The notes: a model not told the origin generated them from the letters alone. A stretch of DNA of 64,000 nucleotides from Candidatus Nomurabacteria bacterium (GCA_029288775.1 JARIGQ010000006.1:120-64119), one strand, 5' to 3'; positions 10,084-19,198 are shown, numbered from the stretch's first letter. Made by a program: numbers and translations.

Positions 10084-10089
10084 ATGGAT

Positions 10090-10303
10090 AGATACGTTAG
10101 AAACGTATTTTTGTTTGTCAGAACCTATACATCTCTAAACAATCGGAACTTTTTGTTTCACTTTCTAATTCGGAGGACGGTCTGGTACGCCTTGTGCGTT
10201 TCTGTGCCTATCCTTATGAAGGAATGTTCTTCACCAAGGGGTTGCTTAGAGGTGTATGCGTTGTGACTCCTGCAACAAACCGCCGCTTACTGCGGCGGTT
10301 TGT
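10090..10303 (+). ncRNA. Candidate small non-coding RNA (about 215 nt), class unknown
   Basis: A strong promoter upstream and an intrinsic terminator AACAAACCGCCGC-ttac-TGCGGCGGTTTGTTATTT at 10277-10303. The only ATG (10084) is inside the -10 box, so it would not be on the transcript. There are internal hairpins such as ATACGTTagaaAACGTAT. Confidence 0.3.
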
Positions 10304-10306
10304 TAT

Positions 10307-12010
10307 TTATGCATCTCCATAGAGATCAACCGCCTTACCTAATTCTTCAAGGGACGTAGTACCTTCCAGCACTTTAATTATACCATCCTCCTTAAGTGAG
10401 GGGATACCTTGGTTTTTGGATGCGTCACGCACCTCTCGTTCGCTTGGATTAAGAGGAAGAACTTTCTCCAATTCAGCATCCATAAAGATCGCCTCAAAGA
10501 TACCGATACGTCCCGAGTAGCCTGTGCCGCCACAGTGTTCGCAGCCAACCGGATGATAGAGCGTGTACGTAGGGGCGGGCTCATGTCCCATCATGGAATC
10601 AATTTTTCCCGAAACTTTCATATCGCCAAGCACGTTGGTAATGACTCTCGATTCCTTTTCATCAGCAATGTATTCCTGTCGACATACCTCACAGAGTGTG
10701 CGTACGAGTCGTTGAGCAAGAGCAACTGAGAGAGAGCTTGCAAGTGTTTTTGGATTCACTCCAAGTTCGATTAAGCGTGGCACGGTACCTGCTGCGTTAT
10801 TGGTGTGAAGGGTTGAGAATACAAGGTGGCCGGTAAGTGCGGCATTTACAGCTACTTTGGCAGTATCGTTGTCACGAATTTCTCCCACCATAATGATATC
10901 TGGGTCTTGTCTTAATGCTGCTCGAAGACCAGAAAGGAAGGTATACCCTTTTTCTTCTTCTACTTGGGTTTGAGTTATGCCTTCCAAGTGGTACTCCACC
11001 GGATCTTCAATAGTGATGATTTTTACTTCCGTGTTATAGACATGATGCAAAAAAGCATAGAGTGTAGTGGTTTTTCCAGACCCAGTAGGGCCGGTAGTAA
11101 GGATGACTCCGTTTGGACGAGAGAGCGCATGGTAGAGTTTTTCGCGAAGTATGGCAGGGAAGGCGATGTTATCAAGATTGGAAACACTGTGACGCGGATC
11201 AAGGAGTCGCATTACGAAGGATTCTCCGTAATTGCCAGGAATGACCGAAACACGCACTTCCACTTCCACATCTTCCAAGTCGATAGAGAAGCGACCGTCT
11301 TGTGCGTCTGCTATCGTAGATAACTTAAGTCCGGCGAGAAGCTTGAGACGACTAGTGATATTTTTGAGTGCATTGAAATCAAAAAAAGCAATGTCTTCCA
11401 AAATGCCGTTTAGTCGATAACGAAGCCGAACCTTGTCTTCTTCTGGTTCGATATGAATATCGGAAGCGTCAAATTGAAGCGCTCCTGCCATGATGAGTTC
11501 AATGATGCGCGTGGTTTTATACAACACTTGCGAGTTCATGAGCTGATCGAATTGAGCTTTGAGTTCTTCTACAGTATGAAAACTTTGCATAAGCTTTTCC
11601 ATCTTTGTTTTAGTAAGCTCAAGCATGCCACTTTCTACTTTGGAAGTTTGATTAAGGTCAGCGTACCGGGAAAGTACATGCTCAAGCGATGCATGGGATA
11701 CAAGGTAGAGAAGTATTTCATACCCACGGGTTTCAAGGGGACGAAGCATTTCTTCCATTTTTTCGCGATTAGGCGCAATGGTTGCTACATGGACTTTCCT
11801 TCCCACGATTTTAAAAGGCACGCAGCCTGCTTCTCTTGCGTCTTCTTCTTTTACCAATTGCATTGCGTCTGGTTCCGGAGCTAAACCGCGCAAATCAATA
11901 TACGGAAGGCCGTATTTGTCGGAAAGTATTTTGACCAAATCCTCTTCCTCTTGTCGGCGAAGATCTTCCAGCTCATGATTTTGTATCGTGTCATCGATAA
12001 GGTGGGGCAT
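10307..12010 (-). CDS. Type IV pilus / type II secretion assembly ATPase (PilB/GspE family)
   Basis: Walker A TGPTGSGKTTTLYA, Asp box, Walker B IIMVGEIRD, His box, and a C-terminal tetracysteine CEVC...CEHCGG. The N-terminal domain fits GspE/PilB. Confidence 0.85.
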   Translation of the reverse strand: MPHLIDDTIQNHELEDLRRQEEEDLVKILSDKYGLPYIDLRGLAPEPDAMQLVKEEDAREAGCVPFKIVGRKVHVATIAPNREKMEEMLRPLETRGYEILLYLVSHASLEHVLSRYADLNQTSKVESGMLELTKTKMEKLMQSFHTVEELKAQFDQLMNSQVLYKTTRIIELIMAGALQFDASDIHIEPEEDKVRLRYRLNGILEDIAFFDFNALKNITSRLKLLAGLKLSTIADAQDGRFSIDLEDVEVEVRVSVIPGNYGESFVMRLLDPRHSVSNLDNIAFPAILREKLYHALSRPNGVILTTGPTGSGKTTTLYAFLHHVYNTEVKIITIEDPVEYHLEGITQTQVEEEKGYTFLSGLRAALRQDPDIIMVGEIRDNDTAKVAVNAALTGHLVFSTLHTNNAAGTVPRLIELGVNPKTLASSLSVALAQRLVRTLCEVCRQEYIADEKESRVITNVLGDMKVSGKIDSMMGHEPAPTYTLYHPVGCEHCGGTGYSGRIGIFEAIFMDAELEKVLPLNPSEREVRDASKNQGIPSLKEDGIIKVLEGTTSLEELGKAVDLYGDA

Positions 12011-12083
12011 TCCTTCCAGTATATAAGGCTTTTTCCTGGGGAGGAGGGGATAGAAAGGCAGTCGAAGACAGGGTTCATAGTAC

Positions 12084-12111
12084 TTGACAAAATCTTATTT
12101 TAATGTATACT
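12084..12111 (+). promoter_or_regulatory. Promoter: TACTTGACAAAAT, 16 nt, TATACT
   Basis: It shares the 13-mer TACTTGACAAAAT with the promoter at 13671 and drives the GC-rich ORF at 12200. Confidence 0.5.
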
Positions 12112-12199
12112 ATATACAGCCTCAATAGATTGGCCCAACGTCCGTCTAAAGAGATCAGTGTCCTGACCTTTTCCAATTTTTTGCCCAAAGGAGGGCATC

Positions 12200-12880
12200 A
12201 TGAACCTGAAGAAATTCTTTTTCCTGTGCGCTTTCCTGTTTCTTTCCGGCGTCGCCTCCGCTCAGTACGGTACGTACATGTACCAGCCGAACGCTGGCGT
12301 GTGGGTACCTCCCCCGCGAGTGGGAGTTCCTGTCATCCCGGTGCAACAACCGGTGATCGTCGTGAATCCGGCGCCGCAACAACCGGTGATCCCCATGCAG
12401 ATGGTGACTACTGCCAGCCCTGGAGTTTTCTCCTCGGGTGGCAGCTACTACCGCTGCTCCGCCATTCGGCAAGTCGCCGGCGGTCTTCTCGGTGCCCTGG
12501 GGGGCTGGGCTATTGGCAAGAACATCACCCTGAACGGCCACCACCTGAATACAGGAGGAGCCATTGCAGGAACGATGCTTGGCGCCGAGGTTGCCTGCGA
12601 GATGGTCGGGCCCACGCAAGTGGGCACACCGGCTGGCCAAGTTACCTTGAACGCCTCCGCGCAGCAAGTTGCGGTTCCTGCGGGTTCGAGACTGACCTAC
12701 AGTAACGAGTCCACCGGCGCCGATTCTTGCCGGGCGCTTTCCGACGGCACTCTCGTGCTGAAGGATGGTACTTCCACGCAACATGGGCAGGTTATCGCCA
12801 CCGAAAGCCAATACCCCAAACAGCAAGGCGAAGACTGCAACCATTGGCGCCGTCGCGTGGCGCCAATGGTCGTCCGCTAA
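12200..12880 (+). CDS. Secreted protein with a signal peptide, a Pro/Gln-rich linker and a glycine-zipper-like segment; member of a two-gene paralogous family
   Basis: Signal peptide MNLKKFFFLCAFLFLSGVASA-QY and RBS AAGGAGG. GC about 60%, against about 40% in the flanks. C-terminal block C..LSDG....LK......GQVIATE.Q.P......EDCN.WR.R.A..VVR shared with ORF 13031-13612. Terminator at 12899-12928. Confidence 0.6.
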   Translation: MNLKKFFFLCAFLFLSGVASAQYGTYMYQPNAGVWVPPPRVGVPVIPVQQPVIVVNPAPQQPVIPMQMVTTASPGVFSSGGSYYRCSAIRQVAGGLLGALGGWAIGKNITLNGHHLNTGGAIAGTMLGAEVACEMVGPTQVGTPAGQVTLNASAQQVAVPAGSRLTYSNESTGADSCRALSDGTLVLKDGTSTQHGQVIATESQYPKQQGEDCNHWRRRVAPMVVR

Positions 12881-12940
12881 TCCTTCAAGGATCCCACGAA
12901 ACCCCTCTTTCGAGAGGGGTTTTTCTATTGGTTTTATATG

Positions 12941-12968
12941 TTGACAAAAAATAAAAAACATGTATAAT
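12941..12968 (+). promoter_or_regulatory. Sigma70-like promoter: TTGACA, 16 nt, (TG)TATAAT
   Basis: TTGACA at 12941-12946 and TGTATAAT at 12961-12968, upstream of ORF 13031. Confidence 0.5.
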
Positions 12969-13030
12969 ATATATCGCAAGCACATCACGGTCGTGATGTG
13001 CGATAAGGATGATCTTTTAGTGGAGAACAT

Positions 13031-13612
13031 ATGTTCAAGCGATTCATTGGAGCGCTCGCGTTCGTCATGCTGCTTTCCATCACGGGGTGCGGCTGGTGGA
13101 AGGACAAGCCGGAGATGGTCACTATCTCCAAAACCGAGCACGAGAACCTTAAGGCGCAAGCCTCCAAGGTTCCGGGTCTCGAACAGTCCAACAAGACCCT
13201 GCAAGGCAAGGTCACCGAACTCGAAAAGCGCCCGGCGATCGAGGTGGCGGACACGAAGGATGTGGAGGAGATGGTGAAGAAGTATTGCGGTCCCAAGCCG
13301 CAGGCCTCCGTCCGCCGTGTGGTGCACACTCCGCGTCAGACGCAGATGGTGCCGCCCCCGGGACCTGCTCTGCCAGCACCGAACGGTCAGGCGGACTGGC
13401 TTCGTTCAGGGGAGGTGTGCCGCCTCCTTTCGGACGGCAGTGCATACCTGAAGACGACCCCAGGGGTGATCATTCCGCGAGGACAAGTTATCGCGACCGA
13501 ACCCCAGGATCCGCGCCCTTACGGCTACTTCGTGCAACGGATGGCCAAGCAGAGCACGGAGGATTGCAATCAGTGGCGCAACCGCGCCGCAAGCATCTAC
13601 GTGGTCCGCTGA
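13031..13612 (+). CDS. Lipoprotein-type secreted paralogue of ORF 12200-12880, with a coiled-coil segment
   Basis: Lipobox LSITGC. Coiled-coil stretch KTEHENLKAQASK...LQGKVTELEKR. Same C-terminal block, including EDCNQWRNRAASIYVVR. GC about 60%. Terminator at 13627-13664. Confidence 0.6.
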   Translation: MFKRFIGALAFVMLLSITGCGWWKDKPEMVTISKTEHENLKAQASKVPGLEQSNKTLQGKVTELEKRPAIEVADTKDVEEMVKKYCGPKPQASVRRVVHTPRQTQMVPPPGPALPAPNGQADWLRSGEVCRLLSDGSAYLKTTPGVIIPRGQVIATEPQDPRPYGYFVQRMAKQSTEDCNQWRNRAASIYVVR

Positions 13613-13672
13613 ACCCAGCCTGCTTGCAAAAAGCCCCGCGAAATGCGGGGCTTTTCTCTTTATTTTATGTAC

Positions 13673-13701
13673 TTGACAAAATAGTTCACTTGATGTATAA
13701 T
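13673..13701 (+). promoter_or_regulatory. Consensus sigma70 promoter TTGACA-17-TATAAT
   Basis: TTGACA at 13673-13678 and TATAAT at 13696-13701, inside the shared TACTTGACAAAAT context. RBS AGGAG is 11 nt before the ATG at 13732. Confidence 0.55.
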
Positions 13702-13731
13702 CTCCTTACTTATTAGGAGTAGTAAAAAAGT

Positions 13732-15498
13732 ATGACGCAATCACTAATCAGAAATATATTCGCGGTTCTTACCGTAGCAGCCGTAGTATGTACACCGTTT
13801 TCAGCATTTGCTGATGATGGGTATATTGGGGGAGGGGTGTATAACGATGCTTTCGTTGGTTCTCCCTCTTACAATGATGGTTACATCGGATCTAGTGCTT
13901 ATAATGATGGTTACGTCGGATCCCCGTCATATAATGATGGTTACATCGGTTACTCTTCTCCTTCTTGGACTGGGTATTCATCTCCTTCATACGGATACAC
14001 TACGTATTCTTCCTACTCATATCCAACTACTTATGGATACACAAATTATACGTACCCAACTTATACCGCTCCAGTAGTTACTACTCCTATTGTTGCGCCT
14101 ACAACCGTTGTTCCAACTACTACTTCGACTGTATGTTCGGATGGATTCGCACCAGTAAACGGTTCTTGTGTTCGTACTAACACTATTCCAACTACCGTCA
14201 CAACACTCTGTTCTGATGGTCAGGCACCAATTAATGGTTCTTGTGTTCGTACTAACACGCTTCCTACCGCAGTGCAGACTATTTGTTCTGATGGGTCCTA
14301 TCCAATAAACGGTTCATGTGTTCGTACTCAAGTGGTACCAACGACAACGGTGTCATACCAGACCTGTTGGGATGGTTCTACTATTCCGCTTGGATCAGTA
14401 TGTCCTTCACAGTACAAGACCTGTGCAAATGGAACATCTATTCCTGTGTATCAGACCTGTTATTACGGAAACACCTACGTGCCGTATGTTCCACCTGCTA
14501 CTATCAAGTTCAATAATGTCATCACAAGTGTGACGACTGAAATTACCAACACTTCTGCACGTTGTAACGGCATTGGGCTCATTGCAGCAAATGCTTCTTC
14601 GGTAGGCTGGTTTGAATACGGTGAAACCGCAAACCTTGGTCGCGAAACTGCTCATGCAAATATCGGATCATCTGCGACTTCGCCATTCTCAAATAAGCTC
14701 GTCAATCTTAAGCCTTCAACCACCTATTATTGTCGCGCAGTGATGCAGAATCAGTACGGCACAGTGAAAGGGGAAGTGGTTGCCTTTACTACAAAAGCAA
14801 AGGCTGTTGCCTATGTGAAGCCAGTTACGGTGACAACGGTTAAGGTTACTCCTAAGCCTGTGAAGAAGAATGAGGTTCTCTGTGTTGATGGACAAGTTGT
14901 TACTGTTGGATCACAATCCGCCGCACAGCTTATCAATGCTGGACAGAAACTTATTTCTCTTCAAATAGAAAAGGTAAGTGGAAACTTTGCGCCGAATTCA
15001 CAAGTCATCTATCGTCTTACAGTAAAGAATATTTCGGATCAGGATCTCAAAAATGTTACAGTTAAAGTAACTATTCCTCAAGAAATAATGCTTACGAACG
15101 CATCTGCAGGAACGTATGACTCTATGTCACATGTGCTTACAATTGCTAATCTTCCACTTGCTGCGTATGGAACAATAGCAATTACCTGGACAGGAGTGGT
15201 GGTACCGGAGGCAACTGTTGGCAATTCAACAGTAACAACAGCCTATACAAGCTATTCAGTTCCTGGTTCAAGCGCTGTTGATGAAGTGAATGCGTATGTT
15301 GCAAGCTCTGTAGTACCAACTCCAGATAATGCAACAACGACAGGTGCTAAGAAGGTGATTGGGGTTTCCTCAAGCGGAGCGTCATTCCTTCCAAACACTC
15401 TTGTAGAGTGGCTTGCACTTATTGCTATCCTCTTCATTATCTTCATTCTAGGACGAAGCGTGTACACTTCATACCGTTCAGATAAAGACTCGCACTAA
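13732..15498 (+). CDS. Cell-surface repeat protein: signal peptide, YNDGYIGS repeats, three Cys-pair CSDGxAPINGSCVRTNT repeats, a DUF11-like domain and a C-terminal TM anchor
   Basis: Signal peptide ending SAFA-DD. Four copies of (Y)NDGY(I/V)GS(P/S)(S/A)Y. Three copies of 38-aa Cys-containing repeats. Ser/Thr/Tyr-rich linker. A domain with LTVKNISDQDLKNVTVKVTIP...LTIANLPLAAYGTIAITWTGVV in the DUF11/CARDB style. C-terminal hydrophobic helix followed by basic residues. Confidence 0.75.
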   Translation: MTQSLIRNIFAVLTVAAVVCTPFSAFADDGYIGGGVYNDAFVGSPSYNDGYIGSSAYNDGYVGSPSYNDGYIGYSSPSWTGYSSPSYGYTTYSSYSYPTTYGYTNYTYPTYTAPVVTTPIVAPTTVVPTTTSTVCSDGFAPVNGSCVRTNTIPTTVTTLCSDGQAPINGSCVRTNTLPTAVQTICSDGSYPINGSCVRTQVVPTTTVSYQTCWDGSTIPLGSVCPSQYKTCANGTSIPVYQTCYYGNTYVPYVPPATIKFNNVITSVTTEITNTSARCNGIGLIAANASSVGWFEYGETANLGRETAHANIGSSATSPFSNKLVNLKPSTTYYCRAVMQNQYGTVKGEVVAFTTKAKAVAYVKPVTVTTVKVTPKPVKKNEVLCVDGQVVTVGSQSAAQLINAGQKLISLQIEKVSGNFAPNSQVIYRLTVKNISDQDLKNVTVKVTIPQEIMLTNASAGTYDSMSHVLTIANLPLAAYGTIAITWTGVVVPEATVGNSTVTTAYTSYSVPGSSAVDEVNAYVASSVVPTPDNATTTGAKKVIGVSSSGASFLPNTLVEWLALIAILFIIFILGRSVYTSYRSDKDSH

Positions 15499-15568
15499 AT
15501 GCCTTATGTGAGCCATAGGAAAGAAAAACCGCCCCAAAAAGGGCGGTTTTTCGTGATACACTTCACCC

Positions 15569-16030
15569 ATGAAAGAGGTCTTCATATTGGGAGAGGAAGA
15601 CTTGGGCGAGCTTGCTTCAAAAGTGACAGCTGTCCTCGATCGTGTGTATGAAAAAGGGGAAGATCGGGCCTCGGTCATTTTGCTTGAAGGAGATTTAGGT
15701 GCAGGAAAAACAACCTTTACTAAATCATTGGCTTCGGCCCTCGGTATTCCACAAGAAGAAGTGCATAGTCCAACCTTTATCCTTAAAAAGGAATATCGTG
15801 CAAGTCATCCACGCTTTAAGCGTCTCATTCATGTGGATGCTTATCGATTCAACACCCCTCAAGAGGCAAAAGTTCTTCGTCTTGAAGAAGATATGAAGGA
15901 TAAGCAGGCGGTGATTGTGGTCGAGTGGCCTTCTAAAATGAAACCACTTCCATCTGATATCAGTCTTTTGTTTACAGTAGAAGATGAACGTTCCCGAGAA
16001 ATAACACTATCGTATGAAGAAGACCACTAA
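15569..16030 (+). CDS. tsaE: tRNA t6A37 biosynthesis protein TsaE
   Basis: LLEGDLGAGKTTFTKSL P-loop, SPTF, and a HVDAYR-type motif characteristic of TsaE/YjeE. Preceded by a terminator at 15525-15553. Confidence 0.8.
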   Translation: MKEVFILGEEDLGELASKVTAVLDRVYEKGEDRASVILLEGDLGAGKTTFTKSLASALGIPQEEVHSPTFILKKEYRASHPRFKRLIHVDAYRFNTPQEAKVLRLEEDMKDKQAVIVVEWPSKMKPLPSDISLLFTVEDERSREITLSYEEDH

Positions 16031-18362
16031 AAAAGATACGAGAACAACTATTGTTCTTCTGGATGCGCATGCGATTCTTCACCGTGGGTTTCATGCGATG
16101 AGCGGATTTGCGACGCGTGACGGAAGACCAACCGGAGCATTGTATGGATTTCTCACAATGGTACTTCGTATTTATGAGGAGATTAAGCCGGATTATATTG
16201 CGGCATGTTTTGATTTGCCTAAACCAACCTTTCGTCATGCAAGTTTTGAAGGATATAAGGCAGGACGCGCAAAAGCAGACGATGCGCTTGTAGAGCAAAT
16301 CAAGGAATCTCGGGAATTGTGTAAAGCGCTTCAGATTCCAGTCTATGAATGTGAAGGATTTGAAGCGGATGATTTGCTCGGTACTATCGCCCAAGTACTT
16401 AAAAAAGAAAAGAATACTCGCATTATTATCGCCTCGGGAGATATGGATACCATGCAGCTCGTGGATGATGATACGGTAACGGTGTACACGATGAAGAAGG
16501 GAACGGAAACGGCGCTTTACACGGAAGAAGCGGTCATTGAACGATTTGGATTCGGGCCGGAACTTATTCCTGATTACAAAGGATTGCGTGGTGATCCTTC
16601 GGATAACATTCCTGGTGTAGAGGGAATTGGTGATAAGACAGCGACTGATCTTATCAAGCGCTATGGCACCATTGAACATTTGTACAAGACGCTTAAGAAG
16701 CATCGCGAGCAGCTCCTTCTGGATGGATTCAAGGAACGCATGGTAAAGATTTTGGAGGACAACGAAGAAGAAGCTCTTTTTTCAAAGACGCTTGCAACCA
16801 TTAGACGCGATGCACCATGCGAATATAAAAAGCCGGAGCGAACATGGCTTGAAAGTATCGATCCGCAGGTATATGAAGCCATGTGTGACAAGTATGAGTT
16901 TCGTTCGCTTCGTGGGCGAATGAGCTCGCTTCAAGGCACACAAGTACCGGAAGAAATGGAAGAAGACGTGTCGTCTGATGAATTGGAAGAGCTTCGCGTC
17001 ATGGTGCATTTGCTTCATAGTGAAATGACTAATGCGCCTTTGTCGGATATTCAGAACGTGACTGGTGCTAAAACGGTAGCAGAAATGAAAGAGCGATTGC
17101 TGACAGAACTTACAAAAGAAAATTTGCTTCATTTATTTGAAACGGTAGAAAAGCCGCTTATGCCACTCATTCGCGACATGGAGCGCAACGGTATTATGTT
17201 GGATTGCAAAGAGATGAAGCTGTTAAGCGAACATCTGCACATTGAAGTAAAGAAGCTCGAAAAGGAAATTTTCAAACTCGCAGGAATGGAATTTACTATA
17301 GGTTCACCTAAGCAGCTGGGGGAGGTGCTGTATGAGAAATTGGGGCTTGGAGGAAAGATCAAACGTACAGCAACCGGAGCGAAGAGTACAAATGCAGGCG
17401 AGTTGGAAAAGATAAAAGACGAGCATCCCATTGTTGAAAAGATCGTGCAGTATCGAGAAATGACCAAACTTCTTTCAACGTATATTGATCTTTTGCCAAC
17501 ATACGTACAAGAAGATGGCCGTATTCACGCCCACTTCATTCAGACCGGTGCAGGGACCGGAAGATTTGCGTGTACCGACCCTAATTTGCAGAATTTGCCA
17601 GTGAAAAGCGAGCTTGGACAAAAGGTGCGCGAAGCGTTTATTGCGGCGAAAGGTAAAGTGCTTCTTTCGTGTGACTATGCGCAAATTGATTTGCGTGCCG
17701 CAGCCATGCTTTCTCAGGACAAGCATTTGATAGAGATTTTTGAAAAGAAAATAGACGTGCACACAGGAACGGCTGCGCGTGTGTTTAATGTGAGTGAAGA
17801 AGAAGTGACGCCCGAGATGAGGCGTAAGGCAAAAGCAATTAATTTTGGTATTTTGTATGGAATGGGTGTAACTTCGCTTAAAGAAGGAATGAAGGTGGAA
17901 AGAAAAGAAGCTCAGGAGTTTTATGATCAATACAAAGCGACATTCACGCGCCTCATGGAGTATCTCGAAGAAGTGAAAGCGTATGCTTGGAAACATGGAT
18001 ACACCGAAACCATTTTAGGGCGTCGTCGTGAAGTACCACTCCTTAAAAGCCCGCTTCCGTTTCTCCGTGCACAAGGCGAACGCATAGCAATCAACGCGCC
18101 CATTCAAGGAACCTCCGCGGATATATTAAAGCTTGCCATGATTGATGCTCATGCCTATTTAGCCAAAGAAAAGCTTTTGGATAAAGTGAAATTGTGTCTT
18201 CAAATTCACGATGAGCTCGTTTTTGAAATTGATAAGGAGATTGCAGAAGATGTGGCAGACGAACTAGTGAGAGTACTTGAACATGTGCTTAAGGTACGCA
18301 AGCTATCTACTTTACCGCTTGTGGTATCGCGTTCTTTAGGAGCTAATTTACAAGCGCTCTAG
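16014..18362 (+). CDS. polA: DNA polymerase I (5' nuclease plus polymerase; the 3'-5' exonuclease region is reduced)
   Basis: N-terminal 5'-3' exonuclease (FEADDLLGT, H3TH GIGDKTA). Motif A DYAQIDLRAAA, motif B RRKAKAINFGILYG, motif C QIHDELVFE. 782 aa, with only a short linker where the proofreading domain would be. Confidence 0.9.
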   Translation: MKKTTKKDTRTTIVLLDAHAILHRGFHAMSGFATRDGRPTGALYGFLTMVLRIYEEIKPDYIAACFDLPKPTFRHASFEGYKAGRAKADDALVEQIKESRELCKALQIPVYECEGFEADDLLGTIAQVLKKEKNTRIIIASGDMDTMQLVDDDTVTVYTMKKGTETALYTEEAVIERFGFGPELIPDYKGLRGDPSDNIPGVEGIGDKTATDLIKRYGTIEHLYKTLKKHREQLLLDGFKERMVKILEDNEEEALFSKTLATIRRDAPCEYKKPERTWLESIDPQVYEAMCDKYEFRSLRGRMSSLQGTQVPEEMEEDVSSDELEELRVMVHLLHSEMTNAPLSDIQNVTGAKTVAEMKERLLTELTKENLLHLFETVEKPLMPLIRDMERNGIMLDCKEMKLLSEHLHIEVKKLEKEIFKLAGMEFTIGSPKQLGEVLYEKLGLGGKIKRTATGAKSTNAGELEKIKDEHPIVEKIVQYREMTKLLSTYIDLLPTYVQEDGRIHAHFIQTGAGTGRFACTDPNLQNLPVKSELGQKVREAFIAAKGKVLLSCDYAQIDLRAAAMLSQDKHLIEIFEKKIDVHTGTAARVFNVSEEEVTPEMRRKAKAINFGILYGMGVTSLKEGMKVERKEAQEFYDQYKATFTRLMEYLEEVKAYAWKHGYTETILGRRREVPLLKSPLPFLRAQGERIAINAPIQGTSADILKLAMIDAHAYLAKEKLLDKVKLCLQIHDELVFEIDKEIAEDVADELVRVLEHVLKVRKLSTLPLVVSRSLGANLQAL

Positions 18363-18364
18363 CT

Positions 18365-18994
18365 ATGTTGTATTCTCTTGTCGGCACCAATACGAAAGTG
18401 CGTGAAAAGGCACATCAGTACATAGCGCAATGTGGAAGCCCAACTGCTCATATCTATGGTGAACAATTGGATATGTTGCCTGCTTTTATTGATGCGACGA
18501 GTTTATTTGGTGAAAAAATAGTTGTGCATCTTATTCAAACGCTTGAGCGTGCCGAGGGGAGGGAGAGAGTGTATGAACTTCTTCCGTCTATGCAGGAATC
18601 GCAGACACTCTTTTTTATTGATGAACCATTTGCAGATGCTCATCGTGTAAAGAAATTGGAAAAAGTTTCGGAAAAGCTTTTTGATGCACGAGAAGAAAAA
18701 GAAAAGGAAGTGTCACCCTTCACGCTTACTAATGCATTTGCACGTCGAGATAAAAAAGCGGCATGGATTTCATTCATGGAAATTAAGGATGCTGTAGAGC
18801 CTGAGGCGCTTCAAGGCGCTTTATGGTGGAAGTTTCAGACAGTGTGGGCCGACGCACAGTCAGGAAGTGGTTCCAAGTTTACACTTCCCGAATGTGAAAA
18901 ATTAGGAAAAGAAATACTCGAGTCAAGCATCAAAGCTCACCGAGGGGAACTTGATTTGAAAAGTGAATTGGAGAGAATTATTTTGTCGATATAA
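18365..18994 (+). CDS. Hypothetical protein, possibly a minimal DNA polymerase III delta subunit (HolA-like)
   Basis: Y.LVG....RE.A..YI....IYGE...L..F.D...LFG..VV and a C-terminal PFTLTNAFARRDKKAAW...ALWWKF echo HolA N-terminal and domain III signatures. It is much shorter than canonical HolA. Confidence 0.35.
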   Translation: MLYSLVGTNTKVREKAHQYIAQCGSPTAHIYGEQLDMLPAFIDATSLFGEKIVVHLIQTLERAEGRERVYELLPSMQESQTLFFIDEPFADAHRVKKLEKVSEKLFDAREEKEKEVSPFTLTNAFARRDKKAAWISFMEIKDAVEPEALQGALWWKFQTVWADAQSGSGSKFTLPECEKLGKEILESSIKAHRGELDLKSELERIILSI

Positions 18995-19073
18995 GTAAAA
19001 GCGGCAGGTGTCGGTAGGGGTATATGTAAACCTACGGTAAGGATTGGTTACAGGGTCTAGTGTTGTGTCTCTG

Positions 19074-19146
19074 TGCCCCCAGCAGGGATTGAACCTGCGA
19101 CCGTCGGCTTAAAAGGCCGCTGCTCTACCAACTGAGCTATAGGGGC
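19074..19146 (-). tRNA. tRNA-Lys (anticodon UUU)
   Basis: Folded by hand: acceptor GCCCCTA/TGGGGGC, D arm, anticodon loop CUUUUAA, T loop TTCAATC. 73 nt, no encoded CCA. Confidence 0.85.
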
Positions 19147-19198
19147 ATGTTTTTCTTAATGTTGCTCTATCCTAGCAAAATACGCTCGATTTTTCCAG

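Noticed and set aside
10084-10266. 60-aa ORF within the candidate sRNA region
   Set aside because: Its ATG lies inside the -10 hexamer of the only promoter, so it would not be on the transcript. It has no SD and a Phe/Leu/Arg-rich low-complexity sequence.
12155-13445. Long minus-strand and alternative-frame ORFs (12155-13327 390 aa, 12103-12705, 12985-13329, 13212-13445, 13285-13716) overlapping the two secreted-protein genes
   Set aside because: They are artefacts of about 60% GC, which leaves few stop codons in any frame. They lack RBS or start context and have Arg/Pro/Gly-heavy nonsense composition. The plus-strand genes have signal peptides, RBSs, promoters and terminators.
16014-18362. 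Whether polA is truncated or frameshifted, given 782 aa against about 930 aa in E. coli
   Set aside because: The reading frame is continuous, with intact 5'-nuclease and polymerase motifs A, B and C. The missing length corresponds to the 3'-5' exonuclease domain, which is naturally reduced in many small-genome bacteria. It was not treated as a pseudogene.
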